Shown here: positions 9,132 through 17,683 of the stretch, one piece after another
Layout: each line of letters opens with the position of its first letter
Numbering within the stretch: position 1 is the first letter of the stretch
NCBI GenBank assembly: GCA_010093995.1
Contig: ML992505.1
Span: 987,832-1,007,831 of the forward strand
Length of the DNA stretch: 20,000 nt
Source: Elsinoe ampelina
Lineage: Eukaryota
Direction of reading: 5' to 3'
Made by a program: the position numbers and the translations under genes
Notes under the pieces: generated by a model
The model's input: only the letters and a program-made list of their open reading frames with translations
What the model was told of the DNA's origin: nothing
The model's database searches: none

Positions 9132-11222
9132 CTACCCAAAAGCAAGTTTACTCTGCCCCTTCTCCGCCTTGATGCTATTACCAGGAGGTCGCCCTCGCCC
9201 TCTGCCCTTTGAATTCTGTACAAGCGATCTTGCCGTCTGTGTCGGCACCGCTGCTGTCTGTTGTTGCTGTTGCTCCTGTTGTCGCTGCTGTTGTTCCTGC
9301 TGTGCCAGTTCCCGTTGCATGTCTCTCGCGAAATGCCAATCTTCGTGCTCGGACATTTCGAGCTTCCGGATCTGTTTCTGACAGCGCTCGCAGAGGTAGG
9401 TGTTGCTTGACTTGATGCCGTTCGTGCTCAGAGGCCGATCTGGTGGATTGGACGGTGCCGGTGGACGGGTGTCTGATGGTCGAGGAGTAGTGCTCGATGA
9501 TGTCATGGGTCCCGACTGTGGTGGCTCATTGAAGATCTGGCCTGAGGGCGGGGGTGCGAATACGTCTTCGTCATCCAGAAGATCAGCTTCTTCGTCATGT
9601 TGCTCCTCAGATCTGTTGGTGTCCCCCCTGTGAGTGCCGAAGAAAGTACGAATACCGCCGGAGTCGTCGATCTTTCTTCTCTTCCCTGGAGGTGGCGTAC
9701 CGGAATCCTCCCGATCAGGTATAGATCTTGTCACGTTCATAGCCTTTGCTTCTTCACCTCTCACCAGAAAGCCTCCAATGCCGTGATTATCCTTTACGCC
9801 ATCCTCGAACCCACCAACGCTGAGGCTCAAGTTTGCACATGGCCACGCCCGTCCATCCACCACAACTTGGCCAAGTAGGTTCTTCGCTAATCCGAAGAGA
9901 GTCTCTTCATCAATAGCCCTGCCAGTAGGAATAGGTGCTTGTTTGCTTCTCATTTGCCCGCCCTGTCGATGGTGCAGGTTGATCGTCTTTGGTCGTCGCT
10001 TGTTGTCCAGCACACCTTCTTCAACTAGTCTCGAGAAGATATCGGCTACAAAGATTCTCAACCATTTACAGCCTACTTCGAAGCTGTTGATACTTGGTCT
10101 GAAGCTCTTCGCACTTAGCATACTCTTAATCTGGGTTCTCGGATTGACCTCGCTGTTGTCTTCGCCCCTGATCACCCCGTGCAGCCAGCTACCAGTGTCG
10201 TCTCCAAGCACCTTCTTCATCTGATCGAGTCCAACATCCAGTAAGCCCTCCACTGTCTCTGTATTGAAGGCCGCAACGACTTCATCGCCCAGCTTGCCAC
10301 CCAGATTCCGAATCTTCGTGAACTTGAAACCACTCAAGAAATGCCCGACCGCCCTGTTCCGTACCACGGTCTGGCTCTTCGGCTTCTTGTGTCCACTGCC
10401 CAGCTTTGCCAGCATCTTGTTCTTCGCGACTCCCGCCGAACATGTGTATTTCAATTTCTCAAACACCGCCTGCCTCACGCCCCTCACAATCTCACTCGCA
10501 AGACTCATAACCACATCATCCCAATCCGGCTCTTTCTCTTCGAACTCCCCATCATCCAGATCCACCAGTGCGTCCGCATCCCAATCGATCGCAGTGGTTG
10601 GTGGCCTCGGTAGCTTCTCTGTCGGATCATCGTAAGGCGCAGGTCCCTTCAGCTCCGGGTACCGCTCCAGCAAAACACCGTGCACGTGCGCCGAGAGATC
10701 TAGGAATACCTCATCTATACTCGCCTTCTCTACTCTCTGCGTAGTCGCCGGCAAAGCCTCCTTGATCACCGCCAGAATCCTCCTGCTTTCCAGTCGGTAC
10801 GGATCCAGCGAGACCTTGTGCGTGGCTATCTGCACGAACGCATCGTCATGATATGCCCACTTTGCGTCTCCTTCCCGCCAGGTTGCTACATGCTGCAGTA
10901 TGATTTCCGGGCATTTCGTCTTAGCTTCGTGGCAGGTGACATGTCGCGAGAGACCAAAGGCGCGAGCAGGATAATTGATGGCAATGAGGCCTTGCCATTG
11001 TTGGACTGCAAGGGGAGCTGTGGGCGGGAGATTGAGTCGCACTTGTTCGCATTGAGCGTAGAAGGCGTCGAGGTCGATATGGGCTATGCAGCGGAGGGGA
11101 CTGGTTGTGCTGTAGGAGAGAAGAGTGGACAGGTGTTTGTAGGTGAACTTCGAGCGTTTGGGGCGTGAGGCGGACGGAGATCCTGGTGAGGAATTAATGT
11201 AGGTCGCGGGGGCTGGTGACAT
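9132..11222 (-). CDS. RAD30: Y-family translesion DNA polymerase eta, 696 aa, intronless
   Basis: Motifs HIDLDAFYAQCE, AVQQWQGLIAINYPAR, KVSLDPYR, catalytic ASIDEVFLD, YTCSAGVAKNKMLAKLGS, IKSMLSAKSF; UBZ zinc finger CERC...HEDWH; C-terminal PIP-like QSKLAFG. Confidence 0.95.
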   Translation of the reverse strand: MSPAPATYINSSPGSPSASRPKRSKFTYKHLSTLLSYSTTSPLRCIAHIDLDAFYAQCEQVRLNLPPTAPLAVQQWQGLIAINYPARAFGLSRHVTCHEAKTKCPEIILQHVATWREGDAKWAYHDDAFVQIATHKVSLDPYRLESRRILAVIKEALPATTQRVEKASIDEVFLDLSAHVHGVLLERYPELKGPAPYDDPTEKLPRPPTTAIDWDADALVDLDDGEFEEKEPDWDDVVMSLASEIVRGVRQAVFEKLKYTCSAGVAKNKMLAKLGSGHKKPKSQTVVRNRAVGHFLSGFKFTKIRNLGGKLGDEVVAAFNTETVEGLLDVGLDQMKKVLGDDTGSWLHGVIRGEDNSEVNPRTQIKSMLSAKSFRPSINSFEVGCKWLRIFVADIFSRLVEEGVLDNKRRPKTINLHHRQGGQMRSKQAPIPTGRAIDEETLFGLAKNLLGQVVVDGRAWPCANLSLSVGGFEDGVKDNHGIGGFLVRGEEAKAMNVTRSIPDREDSGTPPPGKRRKIDDSGGIRTFFGTHRGDTNRSEEQHDEEADLLDDEDVFAPPPSGQIFNEPPQSGPMTSSSTTPRPSDTRPPAPSNPPDRPLSTNGIKSSNTYLCERCQKQIRKLEMSEHEDWHFARDMQRELAQQEQQQRQQEQQQQQTAAVPTQTARSLVQNSKGRGRGRPPGNSIKAEKGQSKLAFG
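9257..9303 (-). repeat. CAA/CAG poly-glutamine-rich tract inside pol eta
   Basis: Encodes QQEQQQRQQEQQQQQ immediately after the UBZ domain. Confidence 0.8.
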
Positions 11223-11500
11223 GCTGAGGTGTTGACGAGCAAGAAGCGAAGACCTGGTGTGAGGACATGAGGTCTGTTGGGACGCGAGGCGCGTAAAGTG
11301 GGTGCTGATAGAGGTCGACTTCAGTAACGGATGGTGTGTCGCGGCAATAATCCAGATGATGTGAATGATCAGGCTGCCCTCGATTGCTTTATCAAGTTGC
11401 TGTAAAGGTCTCCTTGCGTAGATATCGTCATACAGAAGTTACCTACGGTTCTGCATGTCTCACGTGCTGAACCGCGTCGATCGATAGTAGTGGTGGGTCC

Positions 11501-11513
11501 AGGGTTAGGGTTT
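11501..11513 (-). promoter_or_regulatory. Telo-box-like element (AAACCCTAACCCT) in the pol eta / methyltransferase divergent intergenic region
   Basis: The + strand reads agggttagggttt, two TTAGGG-type units. It is flanked by CGCG elements near 11473 and 11514. Function is inferred only. Confidence 0.35.
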
Positions 11514-11724
11514 CGCGTTTTCTTCCATTCACCTCATCCTTGAAGCCCAGAACTCATGCATTCTGGCATCGCATGGTGGGACTGTTTAACGACTGAAATC
11601 TGGTAGTATTGTAGGTCATTGTCAGTAGTTCTGAGGTAGGTATGGACTCTCATATGTGCAGCAGCTGGAAAATTGCCTCTATAGCTCCATAGCCAGCATT
11701 TGGGCTCGTAGGATAGGGATCGAG

Positions 11725-12666
11725 ATGGTCAGGCTGCCAATCTTTGCAAACGATGGCCGACCTCAGATTCTCGATGGAGGACTGGCCACAGCGCTTGAAA
11801 GTCGTGGGCATGATCTGAACCATCCTCTTTGGTCAGGAAAGCTGTTGACTGAGAAGCCGGAAGAGATCACCAAAGTACATCTCGATTTCTACCGAGCAGG
11901 AGCCAACATTGCCATCACGTCGAGCTACCAGACCTCTGTGCTCGGGCTGAAGAAGCATTTGGATCTTGACGAGCCACAAGCCCTAGAGGTCATCAAGTCG
12001 AGTGTCTATCTTGCTCAAGAGGCTCAGAAGCAGGCACTAGCAGAGGATCCTGAACGAACGCTTTTCGTAGCAGGATCAGTAGGACCATATGGTGCTTACC
12101 TGGCCAACGGAGCGGAGTACACGGGCGATTACGGCGATGTTACAGCCCAGCAATTGAAGGACTTTCATGAATCACGGATCGACGCTCTCTTGGAGGCCAG
12201 AGCCGATATTCTCGCCTGTGAGACGATACCAAGCTTGCTGGAGGTGAAAGTCCTGGTAGGTCTACTGCGGACCAGACATACGAAAGCCTGGCTCTCATGT
12301 CCGCTGAGGGACGAAGACCACATCAGTGATGGTACGCACGTGTCCGAGGTAGCCGCAGCTATCCAGGACTGCGATCAGATTATCGGCTTTGGCATCAATT
12401 GTGTTCCACTGGGCCTAGCCGCCAAAGCTATCAAGCGTATTGCTGGGATAACGCACAAGGTCCCGACAGTCTATCCCAATTCTGGCGAGCAATGGGATGC
12501 AGAGAAGAAGGTATGGTACGGAGGGGCTGAGGCAAGAGAACACCTTGGGGAGTTGGCGAAGGACTGGTACACGTCAGGCGCTTTGTTCATTGGTGGCTGT
12601 TGCCGGATGGGCTTTGAAGACATCAAGGTCATTAGTGATGCTTTGCGCTCGACATCGAAGCCGTAG
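11725..12666 (+). CDS. Homocysteine S-methyltransferase (MmuM/Sam4/Mht1 family), 313 aa, intronless
   Basis: First in-frame ATG at 11725. Motifs [61 protein letters not shown] and IGGCC (the three Zn-binding Cys are present). Confidence 0.95.
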   Translation: [313 protein letters not shown]

Positions 12667-14162
12667 CATCCGGACATGGTACAGCGGACCAACGCGGCAG
12701 GTGGCGGATTAAATGTGCAGTCGCGCGTGACTGACCGAGATCTTTTGTGCAATAAGTCCGATTACCATGTCTCCAGAAAGCTGATTCCAGGAGCCAGTGC
12801 TCTGATCATTGATGGCGTGTAGCGGTGAAAGGTCTAGATGTGGTGTTCAGATTGGACGGAGAAACACATCATGTCGACGTGCAGTCGGGGCTCGCCGACG
12901 CAGGTCACTATCGAGCGGCTATTGCCGGCACAGTCGTTGGATAGAGTTCGAGATCACCACCAAGACATCTGGCCCCCTGCGAGTCCAAGCACAACCTCGA
13001 ACGTTGCAGTGGGAAAAGACAAGGCTGGCGTCAAATTTCCCCACAAACAGGGACGAAAGTACGCTACCCCAGATGTTTAGCGCACAGATGCGAGCGATGA
13101 GCCGAACGAATATCTCCTGTCCTTCTGGCATAGCGCGTACCTGGACCAACGGTGAATGTCAGCGTGATCTTCACACGTTCAGATCTTCCCGCATGATCAC
13201 CTCCTTGTTCCTGACTTGGGCCAGCCTGGCGTCTCGGATGGCATGCCGAGAGAGACGTTGTCGGGCTAGCATTGTTTATGGGGTAATGAGAACTACTGTA
13301 GTCGGATCACGAGGGCAGGGACCATGAACGTGACCGGAGCACTGGCTAGGGTGCACTGGACATCGTTGCACCAATTTCGCAGTCTCTGCTCTTGGCGTCG
13401 GGTTTCTATTACCCCCATTTTACTTCATACTTTGCTCCTGCTTCTGTCTCCTGTCACAGCCAACTCCGAAGCGTTGGGACCACGCGGAATTGCGTCAAGA
13501 CATGCTATTCTGGCGTGAGTCGTACAAAATTACGAAGGGTGTGTCTCCGGTCGACCCGATACAACAAGTCTGATGATGATGAATGTTGAAGGATTGATGT
13601 AAGACGAGAGGACGACTGACCAGACAGTTGATATTCTGGGTGGCCATCGGAGTTCGGGATAGTTGAAAAAAAAAAGGACATCAGCCTTTGACAACTGTGC
13701 CTGACAACGGTTCGCAACTCACGCGCACATGGCTCGCCAATCTTTGCGGGGTTACAGTTTTTCTTTCGTAGCCGTTCGCCGCTGTTCCCGCTGATGGTGT
13801 AATAGTGGTCAGAAATTTCCAGAGCTATGAGTAACAGCGGGTGGACCACGCGTGCAAGCATACCAAACTCCGACACGAGGCGTCTACGCTTGGGTACCTC
13901 TTACACCATAAAAACTGTTTACCCGTATAACTACCCCTTCCTTCCCCTCTCAATACAATCAGCCGCGTTAACCCGTCCATAACATAAGTTGTCCAACACA
14001 TCAGCTTTTCTTTGTTCGACTAGTTCAAGTTCTTTCAACCATCGGATCACCTGACTACTAGGCAATCGCCTCCGAGATCCTTTGTTGATTGTAGTACAAG
14101 ATCATCATCGACTACTCTACATCAAGGATATCCATAGATCACGGAACCCAGTAGGGCCTGGT

Positions 14163-15698
14163 ATGCACATCAACGCTCTTCCACTCGAGGTTCTACACCA
14201 GATCTTCAAGGAGGCGGCGACCTTAAACAAGAAAGAGGGTGTGACCTTCACCTATGGTCTAGGTCACGCTAATACACCCATCCAAAGCAACAAACTCACT
14301 CGCCACGTCCGAGGTCCCGTCAGTGCCGACGGTTTACGATGGGATTCCACGTCAGATATACGTCAAGTTTGCAGGACATGGCACGACTGGGCAGTGAGTC
14401 ACGCCCTTCGTGACATTTACCTGCGTCGGTGGCGAGGTTCAGAGCGATGGGCTGAGCTCCCTATCGAGCGTAGAAAGTACGCCATCTATGAGCTGATTGA
14501 CCGTCCGACCGGATGCGCCGTGTACCGCGACCCATACGGATCACTGCGGCAGACAGCTTCATTCTTCTCTAAATACCCTGAGCTCACAGATCATGTCGAG
14601 CGTCTCTGGTTCAATGGGTTCTTCACACCAGAGTCCGAGGCCTTGATCTTCAAGGTATTGCGTTCATGCAGGTTCCTAACCAATATCTCCATCCCATGGA
14701 CGATGCTGCGACATGGCTCTGCACAAGACTGGTTGCATCTTCTCGGAATCGCAACCAAGGATGACATGCCTGTACAGTCACTCGAGCTTCAGGCTGTCTG
14801 CCTCTCCGACATGATGACATACTCTCCGGACATTAATTTTGACAAGAAGCCACTGTTCGATCCTCGAGTGGATTTCTCGCAGCTCAAGCGACTGAAGCTG
14901 ATCGGTAACACAACACTCATGCCGGTTTGCGACGCCGACCTGTTGCAGATTGCAAAGACCGCAACCAACCTGGAGGAGTTTCACGTCACTTGTCTGTCCA
15001 CTGTCACCATCGCCGGTGTCATGGCTATAGTCAAGGCCTCATCAAAAACCTTGCGGGTTCTGGATCACTCTCCTCGATCCGAAGACGGGTTCTACCACCC
15101 TGATCCAGGGACGCTTGCGGAGGGCGACCATGCTTGCGAGATTCTCACTTCCTGCCCCAACCTGCACGATGTCAGCATTTCCATCCCAAGCATGTGCAAG
15201 GATCTCTTCGCCAACGAATCGGTGCACTGGCGCGGTGAGTGCCAGGTCAGGGCGCTCAGGCTGTGCTCCGACCCAAGCTCCTCAGGGTCGTCTGTCTCGG
15301 CCCTAGCTTCGCCTACCGAGCCACGTCGACGCACGAGCTCGTCGTCTTCAGCACCAGAATACCGCAGTCTCATGGCGTCTCGCACTCGTGGCGCTGAACT
15401 TCTGGAGATACTTGATCAAGCACGCGCCTTGACGACAGCCAGACAACGCCATCGCCAGAACCTCGACATTGAGCTCTTCTTCGCGGATTGCATCTTCGAC
15501 CCGGCGGACAACATCGTTCACGGTGACTTTGCTGTCGCCGAGGTCGTCAGCCACGGCAACTGGCCATCAGCTAAGATGAGGTCCGGAAAGGGACCGTATG
15601 GGAGTACTGGACTGTACGGAAAGGGAGATGGGGATTGGGAATGCGTGAGCGAGCAGGAATGGGCTCGGGGAGTTGAGGGAGGATGGATCAGAGTCTGA
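14163..15698 (+). CDS. Uncharacterised F-box-like protein with probable LRR/RNI-like C-terminal region, 511 aa, intronless
   Basis: Long ORF with ATG at 14163. It starts MHINALPLEVLHQIF (F-box helix 1) and has IRQVCRTWHDWA (F-box helix 3) after a long insert, then LxxLxL-type segments (LKRLKLIG, LEEFHVT, LRVLD, CPNLHDVSI). Upstream TATAA near 13927 and a pyrimidine-rich tract. Confidence 0.75.
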   Translation: MHINALPLEVLHQIFKEAATLNKKEGVTFTYGLGHANTPIQSNKLTRHVRGPVSADGLRWDSTSDIRQVCRTWHDWAVSHALRDIYLRRWRGSERWAELPIERRKYAIYELIDRPTGCAVYRDPYGSLRQTASFFSKYPELTDHVERLWFNGFFTPESEALIFKVLRSCRFLTNISIPWTMLRHGSAQDWLHLLGIATKDDMPVQSLELQAVCLSDMMTYSPDINFDKKPLFDPRVDFSQLKRLKLIGNTTLMPVCDADLLQIAKTATNLEEFHVTCLSTVTIAGVMAIVKASSKTLRVLDHSPRSEDGFYHPDPGTLAEGDHACEILTSCPNLHDVSISIPSMCKDLFANESVHWRGECQVRALRLCSDPSSSGSSVSALASPTEPRRRTSSSSSAPEYRSLMASRTRGAELLEILDQARALTTARQRHRQNLDIELFFADCIFDPADNIVHGDFAVAEVVSHGNWPSAKMRSGKGPYGSTGLYGKGDGDWECVSEQEWARGVEGGWIRV

Positions 15699-16493
15699 TT
15701 TGGATCATTGATGTTCTCTGCGTGCTAGCGTCATGAATTTCACGGCTGAACGCATGGACATGGATGTCGTTTAGCGAAGGGAGCGAAAAGGATCGAAAAG
15801 CATCGGGTTGATATTCTACCTGGTGGGCATGGCCAGCTTTGAACTTGCGTGTGCTTCTTACCAGATACCATAGCATCAAGGAATTGTATTCACGAATAAC
15901 CCTCGAACTTCATCATGTCCATCCCGTGGGCTCGGTGCGTGGTCTCAAGACGCCAGTCGACTTCCTTGTGCTGCCCATCACTTAGCACCCGTCTGGATAC
16001 TATCCTCACAACACATTAAACATATGACTGCGTCTTTCTCTGTGCACGTATTGGTGATGCATGATCGAAGAAAGCATGCACGCCACCACCGTCTCAGACA
16101 ACGCCACTGCTGCTGAGTCATGCTCCTGCAGAGCCGCACAACGCTTCCCTCGTGTCCCTCCAATTTCGTTTCGCCGCCTGTCTCACGTTGCACACTATTG
16201 AAGTACCACGACGATACGTTAGCGAAACCCTCCCTGTCATCCAAGTGGCGGAGAACATGACTCTTTGCACTGCAGATATACAGCCGGCTCCATAGCGCTC
16301 ATACTATGCCGTTGAAATGTGTTTGACCATCACGCTCGAATACGCACTAGATCAGCCTCTACCAACGGTATGCGACGCCAGTATGAAGACGCACGCAGGA
16401 TAAGTATCTCTTTATAAGCACTCCTCGTCGTCCCCAAGAAGCTCCACATCACTCTCGTAACCCATCTTTCGGTACTCAACTACAACCACAACC

Positions 16494-17282
16494 ATGCACC
16501 TCCCCACTCTCCTCCTCTTCCTCCCCACCCTCACAACCGCAACAATCACCTACACCCTCTCCCGCTCCCCCTCTCCCACCCCCGAAGAATCCACCGCCTA
16601 CACCAAAATCACCAGCGCCATCGAAGCCGCCATCGCCCGCCACGCCCGCGTCCACGACCTCACCAAAGCCCTCCGCGTCAACTACCGCCCGGGCGTCCCC
16701 ACCGCCGAAGCCAGCTACAACGGCGACGTCAACTTCGGCTCCAACACAGGGTTCATGACCGAGCGCACCGCTCTGCACGAGATTGCGCACACGCTCGGCG
16801 TCGGGCAGACGCAGTATTTCGACCAGTTGTGCGCGGCGGGGACGTGGCCCAAGGCGTTGGCGCTGCTCAAGGAGTGGGATGGGGCGGACGCGAGGATTAG
16901 TTGCGGTGGAGGCCACTTTTGGCCGTACGGGTTGAATTATGATACGGAGTGGAGCGAGACGAACGCGGATCGCCATGTGAGGATCTTGGGGGCGATGATT
17001 GAGGATGGGCTGCAGGGGCCGGGGGTGGTGGTGCCGGGGCCTGTGGGGGGACAGACGCAGACGTCGGTGGTGCCGACGGTGACGAGGGAAGAGGTGCCGG
17101 CGCCGACGTCGACGACGACGAGCGCGGTGCCGGTCGTCACTACTAGTGCGGCCCCTTTGCCGACGCTCGCGCCGACGGGGGCTTCTGCTGGGTTGCCGAC
17201 GAGGACTAGGACTGGGAGGAGGAGGCCGACGAGGAGGCCGTGGTGGGGGCCGAGGGTAGGGGGTGCGAGGACGCAAGGATGA
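16494..17282 (+). CDS. Small secreted protein with HExxH zincin-like motif, S/T/P linker and Arg-rich tail, 262 aa
   Basis: ACCATG start and TATAA at 16413-16417. Signal peptide MHLPTLLLFLPTLTTA. ALHEIAHTLGVG (HEIAH at 16776-16790), CGGGHFWPYGLNYD, two Cys, strongly GC3-biased codons. Confidence 0.85.
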   Translation: MHLPTLLLFLPTLTTATITYTLSRSPSPTPEESTAYTKITSAIEAAIARHARVHDLTKALRVNYRPGVPTAEASYNGDVNFGSNTGFMTERTALHEIAHTLGVGQTQYFDQLCAAGTWPKALALLKEWDGADARISCGGGHFWPYGLNYDTEWSETNADRHVRILGAMIEDGLQGPGVVVPGPVGGQTQTSVVPTVTREEVPAPTSTTTSAVPVVTTSAAPLPTLAPTGASAGLPTRTRTGRRRPTRRPWWGPRVGGARTQG

Positions 17283-17478
17283 GAGGAAATATATAGGTGC
17301 GGGTAATGAGACACGACAACTTTGCAGGATGATCTACAGTACCTTGTCCACCGTGTTGTCGCCACAGTGGCAATGTAGCTGTCGACGACAGGCTGATTAC
17401 AGCTGAAAGTTACTGTTGACTTGTGTGTGGGGAGGGAAAGAGATTTATTACTGCCTGATCCACCCAAATTAGGTGGAT

Positions 17479-17673
17479 TGTAACTACATATATACTTAAC
17501 CTGATGAACTAAGAGATAGCTGAATTAGAAGAACTCCTTGATAGTAACAGAATAAGACAATAACCGTCTAAATTGATTATGAATTAGTGTAACTATTAAT
17601 AAGTGCTTAGTTTAACCTTGGTTGCACTAAATCAGGGTCCTTCTTAGCACTATAGCTCTTGCCGAGGTTGACA
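17479..17673 (-). repeat. Putative 3' LTR (about 195 bp) of the Copia element
   Basis: TG...CA termini (TGTAAC at 17479; GTTGACA ending at 17673). It abuts a purine tract on the element strand, and its left end coincides with the GC-to-AT transition. The partner LTR is outside the window. Confidence 0.7.
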
Positions 17674-17683
17674 CACCCCTTCA
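17674..17683 (-). other. Polypurine tract (plus-strand primer) of the retrotransposon
   Basis: The minus strand reads TGAAGGGGTG directly before the TGTCAAC LTR start and just after the end of the RNase H remnant. Confidence 0.65.

Noticed and set aside
9132..11222. Eso1-type fusion of pol eta with the Eco1 acetyltransferase
   Set aside because: The ORF ends at the PIP-like motif, and no acetyltransferase domain follows.
11501..11513. Telomere or interstitial telomeric array
   Set aside because: Only about two TTAGGG units; too short, so treated as a possible promoter motif.
12809..13876. ORFs 12809-13327, 12838-13080, 13324-13518 and 13505-13876
   Set aside because: No recognisable domains, atypical Arg/Ser/Cys-rich composition, and mostly non-ATG or weak starts; probably chance ORFs.
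16476..17467. Minus-strand ORFs 16476-17276 and 16937-17467
   Set aside because: Antisense products of the GC-rich secreted protein gene, whose plus frame has a signal peptide, TATA box and catalytic motif.
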